Source: Candidatus Aminicenantes bacterium
GTDB taxonomy: Bacteria > Acidobacteriota > Aminicenantia > Aminicenantales > Aminicenantaceae
Reading direction: 5' to 3'
Length of the DNA stretch: 57,135 bases
Assembly: GCA_004377005.1 (NCBI GenBank)
Contig: SOIV01000160.1
Span: 1 to 57,135 of the forward strand
Shown here: piece after piece, positions 48,519 through 57,135 of the stretch
Layout: every line of letters starts with the position of its first letter
How positions within the stretch are numbered: position 1 is the first letter of the stretch
The notes under the pieces: generated by a model
Told to the model about the DNA's origin: nothing
Databases searched by the model: none
The model's input: the letters and a program-made list of their open reading frames with translations, nothing else
Made by a program: the position numbers and the translations under genes

Positions 48519-49094
48519 TCAAAAAACATTAAAATGAATGATATCCTCTAATTTTCTCTTGGGGACATGAAGACATTCCTGCTTGTCTTTCCAATATTTT
48601 AAGGAGCCCTCTATATCCTCCACTACAGGTTTCTCATCAGGATATCCCAAAGCCAACACAGAGTCAATTTTATAATTCATGGGAATTTTTAGCATTTCCT
48701 GGACTTTATCTCTTTCCACAGATAGGAGCCAACAGCTCCCGATTCCTTCCTCCCAAACAGTAAGGATCATGTTTTCAACTGCTGCTCCCACATCCCTTTC
48801 ATACCCTTTATCTCTCACCTGCAAATTGACCAGGACGACAATGTAAGCGACGGGTTCATGCCCCTGTTTGGGATTACCTTCTGGGGCAATATATCCTGCC
48901 CATTTCAAACAGGGAAAGAACTGCTTTCTTAGCTCGGCTTCATCGACAACGATAAACTCAAGAGGTTGAAGATTAGATGCTGAAGGAGCTAACCTTGCAG
49001 CGCTGACAAGTCTTTCTAGGATTTCCCTTGAAACAGGTTCAGGCTTGAACTGACGTATCGACCTTCGTGAAATAATCAGCTCGTATAAGCTCAT
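48519..49094 (-). CDS. Nitroreductase family protein
   Basis: 191 aa with N-terminal RRSIRQF and the APSASNLQP block typical of FMN nitroreductases. Confidence 0.85.
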   Translation of the reverse strand: MSLYELIISRRSIRQFKPEPVSREILERLVSAARLAPSASNLQPLEFIVVDEAELRKQFFPCLKWAGYIAPEGNPKQGHEPVAYIVVLVNLQVRDKGYERDVGAAVENMILTVWEEGIGSCWLLSVERDKVQEMLKIPMNYKIDSVLALGYPDEKPVVEDIEGSLKYWKDKQECLHVPKRKLEDIIHFNVF

Positions 49095-49269
49095 CTTTTT
49101 CTTTTTATCTCACAGGATTTTTAAAGTTCTGCTTATTTTTTTACGGATATTAATAAAATACATTCAAATTGTAAAGGAAAATAAAATTGAAATCTCCTCC
49201 AGTATAATAAAGTGCTATCACTTATTTAGTCGTAGTTATCCCTTAGATTTTGAGCTTTACTGAAAAAAA

Positions 49270-50277
49270 TCAGCCCTGGGCTAGAATTGATTTTAATTTT
49301 TTTGCATACTCGCGGCTTGCTCTATCAGGGGTGATGAACTCAATCTGATCAGGCTTGCTTATCCCCAAGCCTAACTCGACTGCTCTTTTAATTTGCTCTT
49401 GTTCAAAGATTTTGCGTTCCATTATGGCTTTGTTCGAGCCCAACTCTTTTAAAATAGCCACTCCTGCTGCGTCTACAGCAATACGATCCCTTCCTCCTAT
49501 GAAAACGTTGGCTTCTTTTCTGGTTCCTCTTGAAGGGCCTCCATCAACAAAAGCCTCTATTCCGTCAAGAACAATAAATTGAGGCTTATAGCCGAGATTT
49601 ATCTCAGCTATCATTTTCCTCATGGCGTTATCCCTTTCACCATGAAGCTCTCTCATCAGCTTCTTGGGTGTTAATCCTACCGCTAATTTTATTGACAAAG
49701 TAAAGACACCTCCGTACTGATGTGTCTTCAGACAGCAGGTAGAAACAACATATTCAGACTCAACAGCTGGGCGGGCTACATAAAATCCCTCTTTCCAGTG
49801 ATTTCCAGGCGGATTAAAGTGAACCCAATCCTTTTCTTCCAGTTCTTCGAAATTTATAATCTTGAAGTTTAATTCTTGGGCCAGGTCGAAAATCCCCTTA
49901 TCTTCTAAAACACTTTTTGTTGAGGGTGGGCCGCTTCTTTCGCCGATTGTAATCTCCGAAGCTCCCCTCTCTTGGAGCTCCTTAATCAACTGGCTCAAAG
50001 TATCGTTATGAGTTGAACCAGGTGTCGGATCAGCCGTATTGAAATTAGGTTTCAGCATAACTTTTTTACCGTCTACAGAGGCAAAATCTATAAGTTCTAA
50101 AATTTTCTGAACTCCTTCCTTCCTATCTTTGGTTTTAAAAAGTGCGATTTTAGCTTTCTTGCTGGTTTCTTTTGCCATCAGAGGTTTAAATCTTAATGCA
50201 GGCAAGCTTGCCAAGCCTATGACAGATCCTTTGATAAATTCGCGGCGATTTAAAGTCAATATTTTGCTTTTTCTCAT
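49270..50277 (-). CDS. DUF362 domain protein with a Tat-like signal
   Basis: 335 aa with N-terminal RREFIKGSVIGLASLP. DUF362 core pattern (VMLKPNFNTADP...ITIGERSG). Confidence 0.7.
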   Translation of the reverse strand: MRKSKILTLNRREFIKGSVIGLASLPALRFKPLMAKETSKKAKIALFKTKDRKEGVQKILELIDFASVDGKKVMLKPNFNTADPTPGSTHNDTLSQLIKELQERGASEITIGERSGPPSTKSVLEDKGIFDLAQELNFKIINFEELEEKDWVHFNPPGNHWKEGFYVARPAVESEYVVSTCCLKTHQYGGVFTLSIKLAVGLTPKKLMRELHGERDNAMRKMIAEINLGYKPQFIVLDGIEAFVDGGPSRGTRKEANVFIGGRDRIAVDAAGVAILKELGSNKAIMERKIFEQEQIKRAVELGLGISKPDQIEFITPDRASREYAKKLKSILAQG

Positions 50278-50479
50278 ATTTTCCTTCCTGAATTTTTCTC
50301 ATAATTTTCTTTTTCGTGACATATATTATATTTGGAAATTTTCTCTTTTTAAAATTTTTTTTTATTTTTTTCCAGATCCTATTCATACTTTACTCGCGAC
50401 CCATAGCGCAAAATCTGCCTCAGGAAGAGCGCCGCTTGTTCGGCCCTTGATGAATCAAACCCCTCCATTAATAAAGTAT

Positions 50480-53400
50480 TTATTTGTCCTTCTTCTTATA
50501 GGGAGGAATTGGAGGCAGTTCTTTTTCTTTGGTTTTCAACTCTTCAAGAATAACTTCAATGGCTTTGTTCAGTTGTTGGTCCTCTCCTTCAAATTCTTTA
50601 GCTGGATCATTATCCACATAAATATCCGGCTCAACACCATGCCCTTCAATGATCCACTCTTTTCCGTCAACACTGTAAGAGGCAAACTCGGGTTTCATGA
50701 GAGAGCCACCGTCAACCAGCGGCAGTGAGCCACGAATTCCGACAACACCACCCCACGTACGCTTTCCAATCAATTTGCCGAGCTTATGCTTTTTAAATCG
50801 ATAGGGAAAAAGGTCTCCATCAGAGGCAGAAAACTCATCTATCAAACAGACTTTAGGTCCTAGCATTATGGCTTCAGGATCAGGTCCGGGGATTGTATCA
50901 CGGGACATATCTATCATCACTATCTCTCGCCTCAATCGCTCTATAAGCATTGGTGAAACATTTCCACCGCCATTACCGCGCACATCGATGATGAGAGCCT
51001 TTTTCCGCAGTTGAGGATAAAAATGCTTGACAAATTCGTTCAATCCTTGGCGTCCCATATCAGGAAGATGAATATAGCCGACTTTCCCTTTTGTTGCTTT
51101 GTCAACCTTCTCCATGTTGTTCTGGACCCAATTGTAGTAAATGAGCGAGAGCTCATCCTTAATAGGAACAACTACCTCTTCTCTGCTTCCTTTTTCTGCA
51201 GGTTTCGAGTTCACCCGGAGTGTCACCTGTTTCCCTACAGTGTTAAGCAGAACTTCATACATGTCAGCCATCTTGTTTGTCGGTTTTCCGTTGATGGCAA
51301 TCAAATAATCTCCGTCTTTTACGTTAACACCAACCTCAGTTAGGGGAGATCGCAAGGATTTATTCCAGTTCTCCCCTCTCAGGATCTTCTTGATTTTGTA
51401 ATAGCCAGAGTTTGCATCACGCTTAAACTGAGCACCAAGCATCCCCACAGGAACTCGTTTTGGCTGGGGAGTATCACCACCACCAACATAAGTGTGACCG
51501 ACATTCAATTCACCTATCATCTCTCCAATAACGTAAGTTAAATCTGCCCTATGGCTAACAGCCTCTGCTAAGGGTTTGTAGCGTGCTTTCATCGCCGCCC
51601 AATCCACTCCGTGCATATTCGGTGCATAGAAGAAGTATTTCATCTGACGCCAGCATTCGTTGAAAATCTGGTTCCACTCCTGCCTGAAGTCCACTTTGGT
51701 CTCCATGTTGGATAAATCCAGCTTATCCTTTATTTTTACTAGCTTATCCTTTATTTTTAAGGGATCTTTTGGGAGGTCGAGGATGGCGTAGGATTTCTCC
51801 TGAGAGACCAGAATCTTCTTCTGATCGTGAGAGATTTCATAATCGTTGATCTTTCCAAGGTCTATCTCTTTCTGCTCTTTCAAATCATACATTTTCAAAG
51901 AGGACTTCCTATCCCGGTCACTTCTCATCATGTAGTAGATTTTCTCTCCAACAGAGGTTATGTGCCGGTAATTAGCAACTCCGATTGGCAAACCGATGAT
52001 GCGATCCTTTAAACCGGAAGGGTCAACTTTTATCTTTGCCTTTTTTTTCTGGGCACTCTTCTTTTCCTTATCTGCCTTTTTTCTGTCTTTTTCTGCTCCT
52101 TTTTCAGACTTTTGACTTTTCTCGCTCTCTTTCTTTACAGTCACCTCATCACTCTTCGGTTCGAAGGGAGACTTCACGTCTTTGGAAAGAGTAACCAGGT
52201 AGACTCTGGCCATGGATGAATAGGCATGATTCCATTCTGTTCGGCTGTAGATAGGACTGAAATCTCTGTCTGATACAAAAAAGAGATACTTTCCATCCGA
52301 ACTAAAGGAAGGTGAATCGGAAGAGTACCACCCCTCTGTGACTTCATAGGTTTTTTTTGTCGTGCAGTTGTAAAGATAAATTTTTGTCATTGATTTTGCT
52401 TCAGGCTTTTGATAAGAAATCCAATTGCTATCAGGAGACCAGGCGTACCTTCTTATTTCCCAGCTTTTTGCCCTTGCGACCTCAACAATCTTTTTCGTCT
52501 CAATATCAACATAATTGAGACGAAGCAGCTTATCACCCCAGAGAATTTTCCTGGAATCAGGAGACCAGTAAACCTGATATTTGTATGTGTCCCCACCTTT
52601 TGTGATTTGCCGGGGTGCTCCTGAGCCATCCTGCAACATGATATAAATTTCATCTTCGCCACTTTGATCAGAGATATAAGCAACCCACTTCCCGTCAGGA
52701 GACCATTTTGAATTCCTCTCATGAATCCCAGAAGTGTTTGTCAGGTTGCGTGTGTTTCCATGTTTAGCCGGTATAGTAAAAATCTCTCCGCGTGCACCGA
52801 ATAAGGCCCGTTTTCCATCGGGAGAGATTTCGAAATTTGTAATCCTATCACTGACCTTGACAAATTTTCCCCGGCTGGACATCATATCATCGGAGATGCT
52901 AACAGGAACTTTTTTAGCCTCTTTTTTCTCAAGGTCAAAGCGATAGATAAAGCCTCCGTTTTCAAAAACAATTGCCTTCGGGCCAAGGGAAGGAAACTTA
53001 ATATCGAAATCATCGAAACTTGTCAGCTTCCTGGTTTCCTCGGTGGTAAGATCATAGACAAATAGATTCATCTTTTTATTCTCATCCCTGTCTGAAAGAA
53101 AATAGATGTTGTTGCCGCTCCACATGGGGATAATATCCTGAGCAGGATTATTGGTGATGTTTTTGACTTTCTTTGTCTCAAAATCATAAATCCAGATATC
53201 ATCTGCCATGCCACCACGATAACGTTTCCAAGTTCTGAATTCCCGGAAAATTCGATTATAGGCCATCATTTTATCATTGGCAGAAAACGAACAAAATCCA
53301 CCCCGAGGCAAAGGAAGCTGTTCGGGTGTTCCTCCCTCAACAGAAGCCAAATACAACTGGCCGTTAAAGCTGTTCCATTCCCTCATGCGTGAACGAAAAA

Positions 53401-53806
53401 CTACATGTTTATTATCATGTTTCCAGGTCATCACTATATTATTCGGACCCATCCTATCTGATACGTCATCACGACCGAGAGTGGGAGTGTAGGTTAGTCT
53501 TTTGGGTATTCCACCTGAGCTGGGAATCAAATAGACCTCACGGTTTCCGTCATACTCACCTGTAAAAGCTATGTACTCTCCATCAGGGGAAAAACGGGCA
53601 AAAACTTCAAACCCATTATGACTGGTAAGCTTTCGGGCAAAACCTCCTATCGAGGAAACTGTGTACAGATCGCCGGCATATGTAAATACAATCTGATCAT
53701 TGTGGATAGATGGGAAGCGAAGTACGCGAGCTTCTTGTGGAGCATAGGCAATACCCGAAAACATTAATAAAATGCAAAATAGAAATAAAAACACCTTCGT
53801 TTTCAT
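50480..53806 (-). CDS. Tricorn protease homologue (beta-propellers, PDZ and S41 peptidase domain)
   Basis: 1108 aa with a signal peptide. The N-terminus P.IHNDQIVFTYAGDLYTV...FSPDG is repeated in propeller blades. A PDZ domain (GDYLIAINGKP) is followed by a C-terminal S41 domain (DVRGNGGG, DEFSASDGD). Confidence 0.85.
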   Translation of the reverse strand: MKTKVFLFLFCILLMFSGIAYAPQEARVLRFPSIHNDQIVFTYAGDLYTVSSIGGFARKLTSHNGFEVFARFSPDGEYIAFTGEYDGNREVYLIPSSGGIPKRLTYTPTLGRDDVSDRMGPNNIVMTWKHDNKHVVFRSRMREWNSFNGQLYLASVEGGTPEQLPLPRGGFCSFSANDKMMAYNRIFREFRTWKRYRGGMADDIWIYDFETKKVKNITNNPAQDIIPMWSGNNIYFLSDRDENKKMNLFVYDLTTEETRKLTSFDDFDIKFPSLGPKAIVFENGGFIYRFDLEKKEAKKVPVSISDDMMSSRGKFVKVSDRITNFEISPDGKRALFGARGEIFTIPAKHGNTRNLTNTSGIHERNSKWSPDGKWVAYISDQSGEDEIYIMLQDGSGAPRQITKGGDTYKYQVYWSPDSRKILWGDKLLRLNYVDIETKKIVEVARAKSWEIRRYAWSPDSNWISYQKPEAKSMTKIYLYNCTTKKTYEVTEGWYSSDSPSFSSDGKYLFFVSDRDFSPIYSRTEWNHAYSSMARVYLVTLSKDVKSPFEPKSDEVTVKKESEKSQKSEKGAEKDRKKADKEKKSAQKKKAKIKVDPSGLKDRIIGLPIGVANYRHITSVGEKIYYMMRSDRDRKSSLKMYDLKEQKEIDLGKINDYEISHDQKKILVSQEKSYAILDLPKDPLKIKDKLVKIKDKLDLSNMETKVDFRQEWNQIFNECWRQMKYFFYAPNMHGVDWAAMKARYKPLAEAVSHRADLTYVIGEMIGELNVGHTYVGGGDTPQPKRVPVGMLGAQFKRDANSGYYKIKKILRGENWNKSLRSPLTEVGVNVKDGDYLIAINGKPTNKMADMYEVLLNTVGKQVTLRVNSKPAEKGSREEVVVPIKDELSLIYYNWVQNNMEKVDKATKGKVGYIHLPDMGRQGLNEFVKHFYPQLRKKALIIDVRGNGGGNVSPMLIERLRREIVMIDMSRDTIPGPDPEAIMLGPKVCLIDEFSASDGDLFPYRFKKHKLGKLIGKRTWGGVVGIRGSLPLVDGGSLMKPEFASYSVDGKEWIIEGHGVEPDIYVDNDPAKEFEGEDQQLNKAIEVILEELKTKEKELPPIPPYKKKDK

Positions 53807-53984
53807 CTTTCCTCCTTACTGAAAAATGACTTGATATAAAAGAGGTAGAATATAGCACACAGTTTTTTTCGGGGCAAGTTTCATAGCCAATATCTTAATG
53901 GGTGACCCCATCGATTCCCATCGATTTGTTGATTTTTCGAGCGGAGGGAATTACAATGTTTAAAAATGAATAGGAAGTAAATAT

Positions 53985-54680
53985 ATGGAAATATTAAACA
54001 AAGAAGTCGTAGAAGCGACAAGGAAAAAATTCGACGAGGAGATGAAAGAGAAAGTAACTCTTCTCCTTTTTACACAAGAACCAAGTCGACTGACCGTTCC
54101 TGATCATCTAAAAGGACAGGAATGTATCTTTTGCAAGGAAACAAGAGGATTGCTGAAAGAAGTCAGTGCTCTCTCTGATAAAATAGAACTTGTTATCTAC
54201 GATTTTAGTGGAGATAAAGAAAAAGCGGCCGAGTACGGAATCGATAAGATCCCGGCTACAATCATCTTGGGCCAGAAAGATTATGGCCTAAGATTTTTCG
54301 GCGTCCCTTCTGGATACGAGTACACAAGCCTTATTGAAGCCATCCTTGATGTTTCCAAGGGAAAGACTGGGCTGAGTCAAAAAACCAGAGAAGCTTTAAA
54401 AACTATTGACAAGGATATACACATTCAGGTCTTTGTGACTCCTACCTGCCCTTATTGCCCTCAGGTCGTCCACTTAGGTCATCAATTTGCTCTAGAGTCT
54501 CCTCGAATAAGGGCTGACATGGTCGAATCCACAGAATTTCCCCATATTTCACATAAGTACAATGTCTTCGGAGTTCCAAAGACAGTAATAAACGAGAATA
54601 TTTTCATAGATGGTGCCGTTCCAGAAGAAACATTTCTTGAGCATGTGCTAAAAGCTTCAAGCTCTGAAGGCCAAAAATAA
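53985..54680 (+). CDS. Protein disulfide oxidoreductase (PDO-type, two thioredoxin folds)
   Basis: 231 aa with two CxxC motifs (CIFC in the N-terminal unit, CPYC in the C-terminal unit). The size and layout match glutaredoxin-like PDO proteins. Confidence 0.7.
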   Translation: MEILNKEVVEATRKKFDEEMKEKVTLLLFTQEPSRLTVPDHLKGQECIFCKETRGLLKEVSALSDKIELVIYDFSGDKEKAAEYGIDKIPATIILGQKDYGLRFFGVPSGYEYTSLIEAILDVSKGKTGLSQKTREALKTIDKDIHIQVFVTPTCPYCPQVVHLGHQFALESPRIRADMVESTEFPHISHKYNVFGVPKTVINENIFIDGAVPEETFLEHVLKASSSEGQK

Positions 54681-54730
54681 GCAGGGAAGGCTTGATCCCT
54701 CAAATGATAAGTTAGCGAGGTTTATCGCCA

Positions 54731-56881
54731 ATGGAAAAATCAAAAGTACAAGATAAGACCGCCGGCAAACTTAGCTCGATTTTCTATCCTAAAACCATGG
54801 CTATCATCGGTGCTTCAAGACAGCAAGGCTCTGTTGGCCAAGCCCTTCTCGCCAACATAATCGACAGCCGCTTCCAGGGAATCGTCTATCCTGTTAATCC
54901 CCGAGCCAAAGGAATTCTCGGAATAAAATGCTATGCCAGAGTGATGGATATTCCTGATGAAGTGGACCTGGCAGTCGTCATAGTTCCTTCACGCTTTGTC
55001 CCTGGTATTCTAGAAGAATGCGGGAAAAAGAAGATCAAAGGAGCCATAGTTATTTCAGCCGGATTCAAGGAAATAGGAGGAGAGGGAATAGAACTGGAGA
55101 AAAAGGTCCAGAAGATTATCCAGAAGTATGATATTTCCCTTGTAGGACCGAATTGCCTGGGCATTATGAACACCGACCTTGAGTCATCTATGAACGCTAC
55201 ATTCGGCACACCGATGTCCAAAGAAGGAAATATTGCTTTCATCTCTCAAAGCGGCGCCCTCTGTGTGGCAGTGCTTGATTATGCCAAAGAGTCCAACATC
55301 GGATTTTCCAAATTTATCAGCATGGGGAATAAAGCAGGCCTGACTGAGAATGAGCTTTTGCTCTACTTAAAAAATGACCCGAAAACAGACGTCATCTTGA
55401 TGTATCTTGAAGACCTTGTCAACGGAAGAGAATTCATGAAAATAGCCCACGATATCACCAGCAGCCCTACGAATCCCAAACCTATCATCGCCCTTAAAGC
55501 AGGGCGCACTCAGTTAGGTGCCAAAGCAGCTTCTTCTCACACCGGCTCTCTGGCTGGTTCGGACCGAGTTTACGATGCCATCTTTAGCCAGTGTGGAGTG
55601 CTCAGGGGAGAGACTTTGGAGGAGCTCTTTGATTATGTCAAGGCTTTCTCCAGCCAGCCTTTGCCAAAAGGGAAAAACGTCGCCATCATCACAAACTCAG
55701 GAGGACCAGGAATATTAGCCACTGATTCCTGCATTCGCCATGGTCTGAATATTGCTCCCTTTAGCCGAAATACAGTAAAAACTTTAAAGACGATCCTGCC
55801 TCCCCAGGCAAGTTTAAATAATCCTGTTGATTTGATCGCAGACGCCCAATATGAACAGTATGAGGCAACTCTACGGGAAATATTGAAAGACAAAAACGTT
55901 CATTCTTCCATCATTATCCTGACTGCTACTTCTTTCACCAACGTGGATAAAATTGCCGATTCCATTGTCAAAACAACCAAAAAATTCCAAAAGCCGGTCT
56001 TATGCAGTTTTTTGGGAGTTTATGATGTATCTTCAGGAATCGATATCCTGGAAGAAAACGGAATTCCTTCTTACAGGTTTCCTGAATCAGCAGCCCGGGC
56101 GCTTTCTGAGATGACCAAGTTCAACTTGTGGCTCAACCGGCCAAAAACTGGAGTTAAAAAATTCAGCGTAAATAAAGCCGGGGCCAAAAAAATCATAGAT
56201 TCTGTCAAAAAAGAAGGCCGATTTTTCCTGTTAGAGCATGAATCTTACGAGGTTCTTAAGGCTTATCAATTCCCTTTAGTCAAATCCTCTCTTGCTAGAA
56301 ACAAAACAGAAGCAGCCAATGCAGCCCAAAAAATCGGCTTTCCTGTAGTCCTGAAAATCGCCTCTCCTGATATCCTCCATAAATTTGACTTCGGAGGAGT
56401 CAAACTCAACTTAAAGAATAAAAACGAAGTCCATGAGGCCTATCAAGAAATCCTTAAAAATATCATGTCTAAAAAACCTAAGGCAAAAATTAGAGGTATG
56501 CTTGTAGAAGAAATGGCCTCCCAGGGAAAAGAAATTATTCTGGGAATGAGCAGAGACCCTCAGTTTGGACCCATTCTGATGTTTGGGCTGGGAGGAATTT
56601 ATGTTGAAGTCCTGGAGGATGTCAGCTTCCGCCTTGCTCCTATTCGTGAGCGCACAGCAGACATGATGATCGCAAAAACAAAAACTCATAAAATCCTGGA
56701 AGGATTTAGAGGTGAGCCGGCTTACGACATAAAGGCTGTAGCTGAATGCTTGAAAAGACTATCTCAGCTCGTCACAGACTTTGAGGAAATCAAAGAACTG
56801 GATATAAACCCGCTTTTTGTCTATGAGAGAGGAAAAGGCTGTGCTATCGTTGATGCCAGGATCATCCTCGAATCCAGTTAA
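54731..56881 (+). CDS. ADP-forming acetyl-CoA synthetase / acetate--CoA ligase family (fused alpha-beta)
   Basis: 716 aa with an N-terminal CoA-binding domain (IAIIGASRQQGSVG), a phosphohistidine loop (SHTGSLAGS) and a C-terminal ATP-grasp domain. Confidence 0.88.
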   Translation: MEKSKVQDKTAGKLSSIFYPKTMAIIGASRQQGSVGQALLANIIDSRFQGIVYPVNPRAKGILGIKCYARVMDIPDEVDLAVVIVPSRFVPGILEECGKKKIKGAIVISAGFKEIGGEGIELEKKVQKIIQKYDISLVGPNCLGIMNTDLESSMNATFGTPMSKEGNIAFISQSGALCVAVLDYAKESNIGFSKFISMGNKAGLTENELLLYLKNDPKTDVILMYLEDLVNGREFMKIAHDITSSPTNPKPIIALKAGRTQLGAKAASSHTGSLAGSDRVYDAIFSQCGVLRGETLEELFDYVKAFSSQPLPKGKNVAIITNSGGPGILATDSCIRHGLNIAPFSRNTVKTLKTILPPQASLNNPVDLIADAQYEQYEATLREILKDKNVHSSIIILTATSFTNVDKIADSIVKTTKKFQKPVLCSFLGVYDVSSGIDILEENGIPSYRFPESAARALSEMTKFNLWLNRPKTGVKKFSVNKAGAKKIIDSVKKEGRFFLLEHESYEVLKAYQFPLVKSSLARNKTEAANAAQKIGFPVVLKIASPDILHKFDFGGVKLNLKNKNEVHEAYQEILKNIMSKKPKAKIRGMLVEEMASQGKEIILGMSRDPQFGPILMFGLGGIYVEVLEDVSFRLAPIRERTADMMIAKTKTHKILEGFRGEPAYDIKAVAECLKRLSQLVTDFEEIKELDINPLFVYERGKGCAIVDARIILESS

Positions 56882-56914
56882 TTTAAACGGTTCTCTGCTA
56901 TAATAAGGAGTTTC

Positions 56915-57135
56915 ATGTCGCTTTTTAAGAAAAAAAAGAAAAAAAGAGTTATGGTGATAGGCCTGGATGGAGTTCCTTACTCTCTCCTACTAGAACTCGC
57001 TCAAAAAGGTGTAATGCCCGCAACTTCAAAGCTTATTGACTCAGGCCACATTCAGCGGATGAAAGCAAGCCTTCCTGAAGTTTCTGCTGTAAGCTGGACA
57101 AATTTTATGACTGGAACAAATCCCGGAACTCACGG
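56915..57135 (+). CDS. Alkaline phosphatase / nucleotide pyrophosphatase (type I phosphodiesterase) family protein, 5' partial
   Basis: ATG at 56915 after a GGAG RBS. The translation MSLFKKKKKKRVMVIGLDGVPYSLL...SWTNFMTGTNPGTH matches the N-terminal metal-binding block of this family. It runs off the window end. Confidence 0.6.
   Translation, partial: MSLFKKKKKKRVMVIGLDGVPYSLLLELAQKGVMPATSKLIDSGHIQRMKASLPEVSAVSWTNFMTGTNPGTH

Noticed and set aside
50129-50728. 199-aa ORF spanning the DUF362 start, the intergenic region and the tricorn 3' end
   Set aside because: It overlaps two well-supported minus-strand genes, is Phe/Leu/Ile-rich from AT-rich antisense sequence, and has no RBS or family resemblance.

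Overview
A 57-kb chromosomal segment from a moderately AT-rich bacterium. I cannot assign a lineage. All gene identifications come from motif and family recognition by eye, with no database search.

Most of the window is housekeeping and central metabolism:
- def-fmt
- a split B12-dependent acyl-CoA mutase
- a TCA-cycle cluster: acnB divergent from icd, then mdh, the fumarase beta subunit, sucC and sucD
- a group of secreted hydrolases
- an EF-G paralogue
- the translationally coupled ileS-lspA-lgt-rluD operon
- nadB-nadC
- a tricorn-type protease, a PDO-type disulfide oxidoreductase and an ADP-forming acetyl-CoA synthetase

The parts worth a second look:
1. An approximately 10.4-kb segment (37609-47983) lies between the intact 3' end of pmbA and a diverged, frameshifted duplicate of that same 3' end (47984-48180). 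This is the signature of an integrative island. It carries an aminotransferase, decayed integron-type integrase and IS91-type transposase fragments, and a more GC-rich MFP plus two tandem RND pumps.
2. A 258-bp element bounded by terminal inverted repeats occurs twice (9022-9279 and 18650-18907), each time directly upstream of a minus-strand gene. An internal stem shows compensatory base changes between the copies, and the G-U versus A-C asymmetry favours a minus-strand RNA.
3. Four translationally coupled genes link an opine-dehydrogenase-like protein, a GlmS/GlmE-like B12-domain fusion protein with a CxHxxG variant motif, TldD and PmbA.
4. Several families of GC-core palindromic and MITE-like repeats fill the larger intergenic regions.

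I saw no rRNA, tRNA or CRISPR array.
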